NCBI GenBank assembly: GCA_949289845.1
Contig: CASEPN010000003.1
Coordinates: 11,154-75,153, forward strand
DNA from: an uncultured Bacillota bacterium
Lineage (GTDB): Bacteria; Bacillota_I; Bacilli_A; RFN20; CAG-826
Direction of reading: 5' to 3'
DNA length: 64,000 bases
Under the pieces are notes generated by a model that was given only the letters and a program-made list of their open reading frames with translations, made no database searches and was not told where the DNA came from. The translations under genes were made by a program, and so were the position numbers. The stretch's first letter is position 1. Every line of letters starts with the position of its first letter. Shown here piece after piece: positions 28,637-36,351 of this stretch.

Positions 28637-29509
28637 ATGTCGTTCCTTGCGCGTTGCTTCGCGTCCATTTCCGCCCGCGGGGACAGGAAGAGGGATTCCG
28701 TCCCTGCGCCTGAGGGAGTGGAGGAGGAAATCCTCGAGGAGGCCTTTTCCTTCGGGAAGATGAGGATCGCCCTTTACCGGAAGGAAGGGCCGGAGGGGAA
28801 TCCTCTTCCCGTCGCCCTCATCGTCCATGGCGGAGGCTGGGTGTATGGAGGGATTGAGACGTACGCGCTTTATGGGAAGATGCTTGCCTCCAAGGGCTTC
28901 CTTGCGATCATCTATGAGTATCCGCTCGCCCCCGGGGCGCGCTTTCCGGCCCAGCTCGTCGCCCTGGACGAGACCCTTTCCCTCCTGAAGGAAAGGCGCG
29001 AGGAATGGGGAGCCGACCTTGAGAGGATTTTCCTCGTCGGGGATTCCGCGGGGGCCTCGATGGCCCTTCAGTACGGGATTGGCGAGTCCGTCCCGGAGCA
29101 CGGGATGCTCTATCCCCTCCGCTTCCCTCTTCCTCTCCGGGGGCTCGTCCTCAACTGCGGAACCTACATGGGTTTCGGGGACAGGAAGGAAGACTTCATG
29201 ACGAGGTTCGTCGCGAAGAGTCTCCTATGGAAGGACTACGACAGGGACGACCCGCGGCTGAATCCCCTGCGCTTCATCAAGAAGTCCATTCCTCCCATTT
29301 TCCTCCTGAGCGCGGAGAAGGACTTCCTCCTCTGGGAGACGGAGTGGCTCCACGGCTATCTTCTTTCGAAGGGGATCCTGCACGAGTATCGCTTCTGCTG
29401 GGCGAAGGAAGGGAACCGCCTCGGGCATGTTTTCCATCTCGACTTCCGGACGAAGATCGCGTTCCGTGTCCTTGATGAGGAAACGGAATGGATGAAAAAG
29501 CTTTGCTGA
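28637..29509 (+). CDS. Alpha/beta hydrolase (HSL-like esterase/lipase)
   Basis: HGGGW, GDSAG nucleophile elbow, C-terminal HVF. The start is reassigned to ATG 28637, 6 nt after TG-c-TATATA. Confidence 0.88.
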   Translation: MSFLARCFASISARGDRKRDSVPAPEGVEEEILEEAFSFGKMRIALYRKEGPEGNPLPVALIVHGGGWVYGGIETYALYGKMLASKGFLAIIYEYPLAPGARFPAQLVALDETLSLLKERREEWGADLERIFLVGDSAGASMALQYGIGESVPEHGMLYPLRFPLPLRGLVLNCGTYMGFGDRKEDFMTRFVAKSLLWKDYDRDDPRLNPLRFIKKSIPPIFLLSAEKDFLLWETEWLHGYLLSKGILHEYRFCWAKEGNRLGHVFHLDFRTKIAFRVLDEETEWMKKLC

Positions 29510-29549
29510 AGCGGCGTCTATCCTTGGTTGATCCAATAAGGGAACAAGG

Positions 29550-30203
29550 CTATTTGTTCGCGTTTTCTTCCTGGGACCTGGAACGCCGGTGAAGCTCGCG
29601 GAACCTCCAGAACAGGAAGATCCCGAGGGTGAGGGGGATCCCGAGGAGGAGGACGAACCAGAGGTTGTAGCCGGAGTCGTAGTCGAGGTCGACGGCGAGC
29701 TCGATGTAGACGGCGAAGAGGAAGGTCCAGACGAAGGCGATCGCGAGGGGAAGCCCCCATTCGCGCCTCCCCCACCTCCGGTTGAAGGAGATCAGGCAAA
29801 GGAAGGAGACGGGGACGGCCCAGACGAAGGCGAGCCAGCCGTTCCACCAGACGTTGTCCATGACGACCGTCGCGGCGAATATGACCGTCGCGATGGAGAA
29901 GACGAGGACGATCGCCAGGGCCGTGAGGATGATCTTGTTCATCCTGAGGTCCTTGGGGGAGATGCGCCCCTTCTCGTGGAGGGAGACGTCGCTCTGGTCA
30001 TGGGTTAGGTAGTCGAGGGTGACCCCGTAGAAGTCCGCGAACGCCTGGAGGGTCCTCACGTCGGGGAGGCCGTCCCCGTGCTCCCACTTCGAGACGGACT
30101 TGTCCGTGTAGTTGAAGCGCTCCGCGACCTCGAGCTGGGTGAGCCCGCGGGCCTTCCTCAGCTCGGCGAGGTTCCTGGCGACGATTTCCTCGAGGCTTTT
30201 CAT
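29550..30203 (-). CDS. XRE-family HTH regulator fused to about four TM helices
   Basis: NLAELRKARGLTQLEVAE..YTDKSVSKWE.G..PD HTH followed by hydrophobic segments. Confidence 0.9.
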   Translation of the reverse strand: MKSLEEIVARNLAELRKARGLTQLEVAERFNYTDKSVSKWEHGDGLPDVRTLQAFADFYGVTLDYLTHDQSDVSLHEKGRISPKDLRMNKIILTALAIVLVFSIATVIFAATVVMDNVWWNGWLAFVWAVPVSFLCLISFNRRWGRREWGLPLAIAFVWTFLFAVYIELAVDLDYDSGYNLWFVLLLGIPLTLGIFLFWRFRELHRRSRSQEENANK

Positions 30204-30236
30204 GGTGGCTAGTATACCCTCCCTGCCCCAAGGACG

Positions 30237-30260
30237 AAAAAAGCCGGGTCCAAGCCCGGC
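30237..30260 (-). terminator. Terminator of the 41-aa small ORF
   Basis: Minus strand GCCGGG-loop-CCCGGC followed by T6. Confidence 0.7.
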
Positions 30261-30279
30261 GTGATGTCATGCCCTGTTC

Positions 30280-30405
30280 TTACTGGAGCTCAGGATCGGG
30301 GATGTACTCCTCGTCGTCGGAGAAGAGGGGTCCCTCCTCGGCGATTTCCTCGAGCCTCATGCTGAAGAGGGCGCCCATCGCAACGGTCTCGATAGCCTTG
30401 TCCAT
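30280..30405 (-). CDS. Unannotated 41-aa acidic small protein MDKAIETVAMGALFSMRLEEIAEEGPLFSDDEEYIPDPELQ
   Basis: SD AAGGGAGGA upstream; promoter TTGCTT(30492-30487)-16-TATATT(30470-30465); terminator downstream; C/G-ending host codon usage. Confidence 0.7.
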   Translation of the reverse strand: MDKAIETVAMGALFSMRLEEIAEEGPLFSDDEEYIPDPELQ

Positions 30406-30517
30406 ACGCTGTCCTCCCTTTCTGTACTCTGCTGGCCCCGGTCTTTCTCTTCCGGAGCACCATCAATATAGGGCTTCCGAATAGCGAAGCAACGGGTGTT
30501 TCTTGGAAAGGCTTTTC

Positions 30518-30531
30518 AGTAAGCGATTACA
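30518..30531. promoter_or_regulatory. cre-like operator
   Basis: AGTAAGCGATTACA. Confidence 0.55.
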
Positions 30532-30585
30532 GCAATATCTCTTTTTAGGAAATAAAGACAGTATCGGAGAAAACGACTGATTTCA

Positions 30586-30599
30586 TGTAATCGTTTTCA
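30586..30599. promoter_or_regulatory. cre-like operator
   Basis: TGTAATCGTTTTCA matches TGWAANCGNTNWCA. Confidence 0.65.
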
Positions 30600-30738
30600 T
30601 TTCGGAAACTTGAGAATCCGATGTTGTGTCCCGCCGTTTTCATTGTTTTTCATTCGCGTGCGCGCGGATAAAACATGACTTAACGGCGAAAGGGTGGTAA
30701 CTTCCTCTCGCTCCGAACTAGGAGGTTCCCATACGAAT

Positions 30739-32073
30739 ATGAAAAACATCCGTCCAGCATTGCTTCTGGCCCTTCCCGTCCTGCTCCTTGCTTCTTGCGG
30801 GGATGGCGAAGTGAGCGCCTCTTCCTCCGGCGGGGAAGCCGAGATCGACTTCTCCCAGCCTGTCGAAGGCGTCAAGGAAGCGTTCGCCCTTCTTTCGAAA
30901 GCCCGGAACTACACCGCCTACGTCCAGCTTTCCTCCACCACCGGGGGAATCGGGATGTACTACTGCGACTACTACACCGAGGACTACTTCTTCAGCGACG
31001 AGTACGAGGACGAGCATGGCTACGCCCTTTCTTCCGAGGGAATCTTCCCGCTCGCCATGAGGATGGACGATGAAGGATCGGGCACCATCGTCGGAGGCGA
31101 GCTCACCGGCAAGGAGGGGGACCTTTATTCCTCCGGCCTTTTCCCGACCGTCGCCGACCTCGACACCTCCTCCTGGGAGGAGGGGCTCGCGGAAATCGAC
31201 CTCGGAGGGGACAAGCTCGCGAAGATCGCCCTTCTCGAGCTCTTCGGCTTCGAGCCCGACCGGCTTCTCGACATCGATAGCGCCACCGTGAGCCTCCTGG
31301 GAGGAGGGGATTCCCTGCTCGACCTTTCCATCGAGATCACCCTTGGCCTCACGCGGTACGAGATGTCCTTCGACGAGTTCGGGAGCACTGCCTACGAGCC
31401 TGTGGAAAGCTATATCGGCGGAGGTGGCTCCTCCCTCGTCCTCGACGAGAGGCTTTCCTTCGCCAAGGAAGGCTTCCTCTGCGAGAACTTCATTCGCGAC
31501 GTCATCAACTACCGCACCGGCGAAAGCGACGGGACGGAGCGGTACACGCCCCACTACTTCTATGGTTCCTACACCGGGGATGCCGCCCTCTACACCGGCG
31601 GCTACATGGGCATCAGGAACAAGGAGTACCAGGGGAAGGTCCTCAACGGCACATACATGTTCCTCGTGGACGGGCTGACCGTCATCCCCTTCTTTCAGGG
31701 CTCTTACAACAACGATCCCGACATCACGAGCCCCCATGTCTTCAACTACCCGGGGAACATGGAGCTCTGGAACAGGCTCGAGCTCTTCGCCGAGGAAGAG
31801 GAAGGCGTCTACGTCACCTACGATTCCGGGCTTCTCGCGGATTTCGTAAAAAACAACCAGACGGGGAGCTTCCTCTCGGAGATCGGCGGGGAGGCCGTGT
31901 CCCTCTCGATGTCCATCACCGATCCTGTCGCGGGGCCCAACACCATCGTCACCTTCTCCCTCGACTACAACAGCAATTACGGGGAGGGGTCCTGCGTCTA
32001 TCCCTTCACTTCCTTCGGGAACGCGAACATCCCCGTGGTCGACGACTTCATGGAGGAGAACAACCTCATCTAG
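30739..32073 (+). CDS. Acidic lipoprotein of the two-domain family
   Basis: MKNIRP..LLLASC lipobox; motifs NYTAY, EDYFF, FDEFGST, FTSFGNA. The start is reassigned to ATG 30739. Confidence 0.82.
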   Translation: MKNIRPALLLALPVLLLASCGDGEVSASSSGGEAEIDFSQPVEGVKEAFALLSKARNYTAYVQLSSTTGGIGMYYCDYYTEDYFFSDEYEDEHGYALSSEGIFPLAMRMDDEGSGTIVGGELTGKEGDLYSSGLFPTVADLDTSSWEEGLAEIDLGGDKLAKIALLELFGFEPDRLLDIDSATVSLLGGGDSLLDLSIEITLGLTRYEMSFDEFGSTAYEPVESYIGGGGSSLVLDERLSFAKEGFLCENFIRDVINYRTGESDGTERYTPHYFYGSYTGDAALYTGGYMGIRNKEYQGKVLNGTYMFLVDGLTVIPFFQGSYNNDPDITSPHVFNYPGNMELWNRLELFAEEEEGVYVTYDSGLLADFVKNNQTGSFLSEIGGEAVSLSMSITDPVAGPNTIVTFSLDYNSNYGEGSCVYPFTSFGNANIPVVDDFMEENNLI

Positions 32074-32095
32074 GAGCTTGCTCCTCAGAGGGAAC

Positions 32096-32118
32096 GGGAG
32101 GGCATGTCCCTCCCTTTT
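32096..32118 (+). terminator. Intrinsic terminator
   Basis: GGGAGGG/CCCTCCC stem followed by TTTT. Confidence 0.7.
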
Positions 32119-32587
32119 CTATTGCAAACCCTATCTTTTGCAGCGAAAACCCAAATTTAGGAATCAGATTATCCAAGCCCTTTTTGATGGGTTATCAGGA
32201 CTTTATGGAGCTAATAACGGTGTTTTGCAGGATTTTCTTTCCGAGTCCTGTGACGTCCATCCAATGACACTCAAAACGAGGGGCCTTGGCATCTTAGCCC
32301 CCACATTACTCTGTGGCTGGCGCCTCTTTTCATCCCGGGCTCATCGAAGACATCTTCCGGTAGCAGAGCCGCCATGTCCCGGTGCCTGGCTCCTCCTCCA
32401 GGACGTCCCTTCCGGGAGCGAGCCCCATCCTGGCCATGATGCTAAGATGCATGCGGTTTTTCCTCCTTGGCTATGCACAAGCGCCTCTGTGGGAAAAACC
32501 TTTTTCTTACCCTCGCCGCATTCGGAAGCCGCGGATTCTGGTGTGGCCCAAGGAGCCACAGACACCACACTCAATCCCGTTGAACCG

Positions 32588-32614
32588 AAAAAGGACGCCC
32601 TCCCGGACGTCCTT
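32588..32614 (-). terminator. Terminator of the 894-aa lipoprotein gene
   Basis: Minus strand AAGGACG...CGTCCTTTTT. Confidence 0.6.
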
Positions 32615-32630
32615 ATGGTCGGATATGCCT

Positions 32631-35315
32631 TTACTCGCTGACCTTCAGCCAGAAGACGTACTGGGCGTCCCCGACAGGGAGGCCTTCGTCATCAAGGGAA
32701 TCGGCGGCGCCGAGGATCTGGGTGATGTTGGAGACCCAGCCGTCCTCGCCTACGGCGATCGACTCCGCGTGGAGCTCGATCCCGATGCGGTAGGGATCCC
32801 TGACCTCGACCGCGACGCTCGCGGTGAGCCAGCTGAGCTTCCCGTCGACGTCGACGATGTCGGTCATGTAGAGGAGGCCGGAGTTCGTATCAAGCTCCCA
32901 GGCGAAGGTGAAGTTGTACTCCGTCCCGTCGGTCATGACGGTGTAGAGGGTACCCGTGTGGTCCTCGTCGAAGACGAGGGTGTCGGGCGCGGTGAGGTCG
33001 GGGAGGTCGCTGTCCTCGCTCTGCTCCAGCTTCCAGGTGCCGACAACGTCCTCCTCCGTGATCGGGGCGACGTCGGTGGCGACGATGGTGCAGATGAAGA
33101 TGGACTCGTCCCAGCCCTCGTTGTAGTCGTCGGTGAGGACGACGGCCTGGACGACGGTGTCGCTATCGACATGGCCGGCGGTCCACTTGATCGTGCGGGT
33201 CACCGGGTCGACTTCCGCCTTGAGAAGGTCGGGGTTGCTGGTCTCGATGGTGACGTTGTTGAGGTTCGCGTTGTCATCCGGCGAGCTGTGGATGCCGCTC
33301 GTCCAGGTGGTGTCGCTATACATGGCGAAGGTGTCGGAGGAGCTGAGGTGCGGGTCGCTCGACCACTGGTTGACCGCGGTGAGGTAGAAGCTGTTCACCT
33401 TCGCGTCGACGACGTTGATGTCGAAGGTGCCGCGGACGACGCCGTCCACGTTGTTCCCGAGGTCGAGGGTCGCGGAAGTGGCGGAGCCGTCATACGCCGG
33501 ATCGGCGATCCAGACGTTCGGGTTCCAGGTGTCCTGGACGAAGAGCCCGGGGACGGAGGTGCCGGTGACGGTGTACTGCCAGGCGTCGAGGGCGGTCCCG
33601 GCGTTCTCGCCGGTGGCCTCGATCACGAGGACGACGTCCTCGTCGTCGGTCGCCCAGCCCCTGGTGACGGTGTTCTCGAGGGGGTTGCCCTGATAGTCCT
33701 CAAGGTGCGCCTCGACCGCGGTCGCGAAGTAGGGGGAGGGGTCGAAGTCGGGGGTCCCGGCCTTGGGGTCACCGTAGGAGTAGGACCACTCGAAGCTCTT
33801 GACGTTGGTGCCGCCGAGCTCGCCTCCCGCGACGAACTGGAGGCGGTCGAAGTCATATTCGAGCTCGCCGTACTTGAACTCCTCGTAGGAGCCGGTCAAG
33901 GGGGCGCCCGCCGCGGTGAAGGAGGCGACGATCTCGTACTCGATGTGGGTCTTCTCCGTCATGTAGTTGTAGGAGGCGTTGCCCTTGCTCGGGTCGTAGG
34001 TCTTCTCGCTCTTGATGGTGACGGTGAAGGAGCCGTCCTCGTTCTGGACGCTCGTCACGTCGCGCTCGGCCTTGACGAGGTCTTCCTCAAGGTCGAAGGA
34101 GCTGCGGTAGGCGCGCCACTGCATGCGGTCGATCGCCTCCATGTCGTGGGAGTAGTTCTCCACCTCGAAGAGGGCCTGCTCCTCGGTCATCTCGCGCTGA
34201 CTCATGCCGGAGGCGACTTCCTCGACGATGTTGTAGCGCCCGCTGTAGCGGGTGGTGTCCTCGCTCTTCGTGTCATCGACGATCTCAGTCGTCGCGCCGG
34301 TGGAGTAGGGGTTGGGGATCCTGTAGTACTCGACGTAGGTGTCGACGGTGGTCAGCACCCCGTCCTCAAGGGAGTGGTACTCGTAGTAGGTCCTGTCGTT
34401 CTCGTCGGTGACCGTCGCGAGGGAAGCGTTCCCCTCGTAGAGATCCCAGGAGTAGTCCTGGTCGCGCATGGAGTCGCTGAACTCGACGTGGTTGACGCCC
34501 TCGGGGTAGCTGCTGCTCTCGCTCAGGATCCTCCCGGCGAAGAGCTCCTCGTAGTCCTCGGGGGAGTCGGGGAGGGTGAGCACCTCGACGCGCTGGATGT
34601 AAAGCTCGTCCCTGGCGACGTCGTAGAAGATGTCGTAGGCGGCGTTCCCGCCGAGCTCGACGAGGGAGGTGAGGCGCTGGCTCTCGGGAACCTTGTCGCC
34701 GAGGATGTCGCGGAGGTCCTCGTTGCTATAGGTGATGTTCCCGAAGCACTTGTAGCGGTTCAGCTTGTCGTAGGCGACGTAGGTGTCCTTCTCCTCGCCC
34801 TGGATGGCGATGTAGAAAGAAGAGGCGGACTGGCACTCGACGTTCCGGGCGACGTAGATGTCGCCTTCCTTGGCCATGGCCGCGGCGATGTCCCCGGCGA
34901 TCGAGACGGGGGCGTCGGTCCCGAGGGTGACGCGGACGTGCGCGTCGACGTCGGGCATGACGAAGGTCGCCTTTCCGTCGACGACCTCGATCTCGACCCC
35001 GTTGACGGTCAGCTTCTGAAGGGTCCAGCCTTCCTCGAGGGTGATGGTGAGGGTGACGGTCTCCCCTTCCTTGGCCTCGGTCTTGTCCGGGACGATGGTG
35101 ATGCCGGGACGCTCCTCGACGTCGACCTTGTAGGTGAACTCGACGGGCGGGACGCTCTCGCTCCCCGAGGTCTCGCCCTGGGAGCCCTGGCTATCCTGGG
35201 CGCTCTGGCTGCTCTGGTCTTCGCCGGCGCTGGAAGTCGAGGTGGTGTCCGTGTTGCACGCCGCGAGGGCGAGCGCCGCGGGAACCAGAAGGAGAAGTAG
35301 CTTCTTGGAATTCAT
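32631..35315 (-). CDS. Large multidomain acidic lipoprotein (894 aa)
   Basis: SD AAGGAG; lipobox ALAAC; Ser/Gln-rich tether; divergent InlB-B-like repeat (AKEGETVTLTIT..EGW.L..LTVNG..ATFVMP); C-terminal DVVGTWKL lipocalin-like start. Confidence 0.85.
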   Translation of the reverse strand: MNSKKLLLLLVPAALALAACNTDTTSTSSAGEDQSSQSAQDSQGSQGETSGSESVPPVEFTYKVDVEERPGITIVPDKTEAKEGETVTLTITLEEGWTLQKLTVNGVEIEVVDGKATFVMPDVDAHVRVTLGTDAPVSIAGDIAAAMAKEGDIYVARNVECQSASSFYIAIQGEEKDTYVAYDKLNRYKCFGNITYSNEDLRDILGDKVPESQRLTSLVELGGNAAYDIFYDVARDELYIQRVEVLTLPDSPEDYEELFAGRILSESSSYPEGVNHVEFSDSMRDQDYSWDLYEGNASLATVTDENDRTYYEYHSLEDGVLTTVDTYVEYYRIPNPYSTGATTEIVDDTKSEDTTRYSGRYNIVEEVASGMSQREMTEEQALFEVENYSHDMEAIDRMQWRAYRSSFDLEEDLVKAERDVTSVQNEDGSFTVTIKSEKTYDPSKGNASYNYMTEKTHIEYEIVASFTAAGAPLTGSYEEFKYGELEYDFDRLQFVAGGELGGTNVKSFEWSYSYGDPKAGTPDFDPSPYFATAVEAHLEDYQGNPLENTVTRGWATDDEDVVLVIEATGENAGTALDAWQYTVTGTSVPGLFVQDTWNPNVWIADPAYDGSATSATLDLGNNVDGVVRGTFDINVVDAKVNSFYLTAVNQWSSDPHLSSSDTFAMYSDTTWTSGIHSSPDDNANLNNVTIETSNPDLLKAEVDPVTRTIKWTAGHVDSDTVVQAVVLTDDYNEGWDESIFICTIVATDVAPITEEDVVGTWKLEQSEDSDLPDLTAPDTLVFDEDHTGTLYTVMTDGTEYNFTFAWELDTNSGLLYMTDIVDVDGKLSWLTASVAVEVRDPYRIGIELHAESIAVGEDGWVSNITQILGAADSLDDEGLPVGDAQYVFWLKVSE

Positions 35316-35354
35316 AGGTGTCTCCTTGTTTCCTTAATCAATCCTTAGGAAGTC

Positions 35355-36152
35355 TTAGTAGGCGAATTCGGGGAGCTGGAAGACGGCGACCGTGTAGGGG
35401 TCGCTCTCCAGCCCGCCGAGGAAGTGGATCATGTCCCCGGCCATGGTGATCGTCATCGTGTGGGGGTTGAGGGTGGTGGACTGGTTCTGCCAACCGAGGA
35501 TGTCGTAGACGAACTCATCGCCCGAGCTCGAGCTGTACTCGTACTGGAAGGTGATGCTCCCGATGGAGGCGCCCCCGTCGTCATCTCCTGTGACGATCGC
35601 GGTCTTCCCGGGGATGAAGGTCAGCTGCATGTCCTGGCCTCCGAGCCTCCAGCTCTGGAAGTAGTCGACGGAGACGAGGTAGTCCTCCATCGTCGTCTCG
35701 TCCTTGGGCGCGAGGACGCGCACCTTGTGGCGGTAGCGGATGAGTCCCTCCCCGTCCTTGATGATGATGGCGCAGATGCCCTCTTCCTTGGGAATGAGGG
35801 TCCAGCGGGCGTCGGAGCCTTCCACCTCCAGCATATGCGGGTTGACGACCTCGATGGTCGACCCTTCCACGGGCGTGTTGTCGGTGTAGCTGAAGCGGAG
35901 CAGGTACTCGTGCCCGATCGCCAGGGCGCGCCCGACGGCGATCTCGATGAGCACGTCCTGGGCGCTGAACCCATAGGAGTAGTCGCTGATGTCGAGGGCG
36001 GGGTTGTGGCTCGAGGAAGTGGAGCCCTGGCTGCTGGAGCCGCCTTCTTCCGAGGAAGCGCTGCCGGAGGCCGATGTGGGGCCGTCTCCCGCGCATCCGG
36101 CGAGGAGAAGCGGCAAGGCCGCCAGAAGCATTACTTTCGTTTTCATTGGCAT
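35355..36152 (-). CDS. Hypothetical lipoprotein (about 265 aa)
   Basis: MPMKTK..LLLAGC lipobox and Ser-rich tether. The start is reassigned to 36152 (GGAGG SD, own promoter). Confidence 0.8.
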   Translation of the reverse strand: MPMKTKVMLLAALPLLLAGCAGDGPTSASGSASSEEGGSSSQGSTSSSHNPALDISDYSYGFSAQDVLIEIAVGRALAIGHEYLLRFSYTDNTPVEGSTIEVVNPHMLEVEGSDARWTLIPKEEGICAIIIKDGEGLIRYRHKVRVLAPKDETTMEDYLVSVDYFQSWRLGGQDMQLTFIPGKTAIVTGDDDGGASIGSITFQYEYSSSSGDEFVYDILGWQNQSTTLNPHTMTITMAGDMIHFLGGLESDPYTVAVFQLPEFAY

Positions 36153-36172
36153 TCTTTGCGCGTAACCTCCTG

Positions 36173-36227
36173 TATCCGGAATATCCGGAAACCGTCGGCA
36201 ATCTACACCGGGGCGGGACGATGTCAA
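36173..36227 (-). promoter_or_regulatory. Sigma-A-type promoter plus tandem 9-bp repeat
   Basis: Minus strand TTGACA(36227-36222)-16-TAGATT(36205-36200); TATCCGGAA x2 at 36173-36190. Confidence 0.55.
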
Positions 36228-36351
36228 TGGAAAAACGCCATGGGGAGCCTCATTTATCGGAGGTATGCATGCCTTTTCGGCGCGATTTCCGTTGACATTG
36301 CCCTCCATCTCGCGAAACTTGCACGGGAAAGGAACCCATATCCGACCAAAA

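Noticed and set aside
32078-32641. 187-aa plus-strand ORF in the intergenic segment
   Set aside because: It starts at TTG without an SD, crosses two terminators and has atypical composition.
32382-35300. 972-aa plus-strand ORF, and similar long antisense ORFs (936-2582, 40586-42790, 42851-44611, 44571-46253, 47694-50309, 53252-55042, 61636-63639 extension)
   Set aside because: Shadow ORFs. Strong C/G third-position bias on the real strand depletes stops on the opposite strand. The translations are V/G/D/L-rich with no motifs, whereas the opposite strand has SD, lipobox and family motifs.
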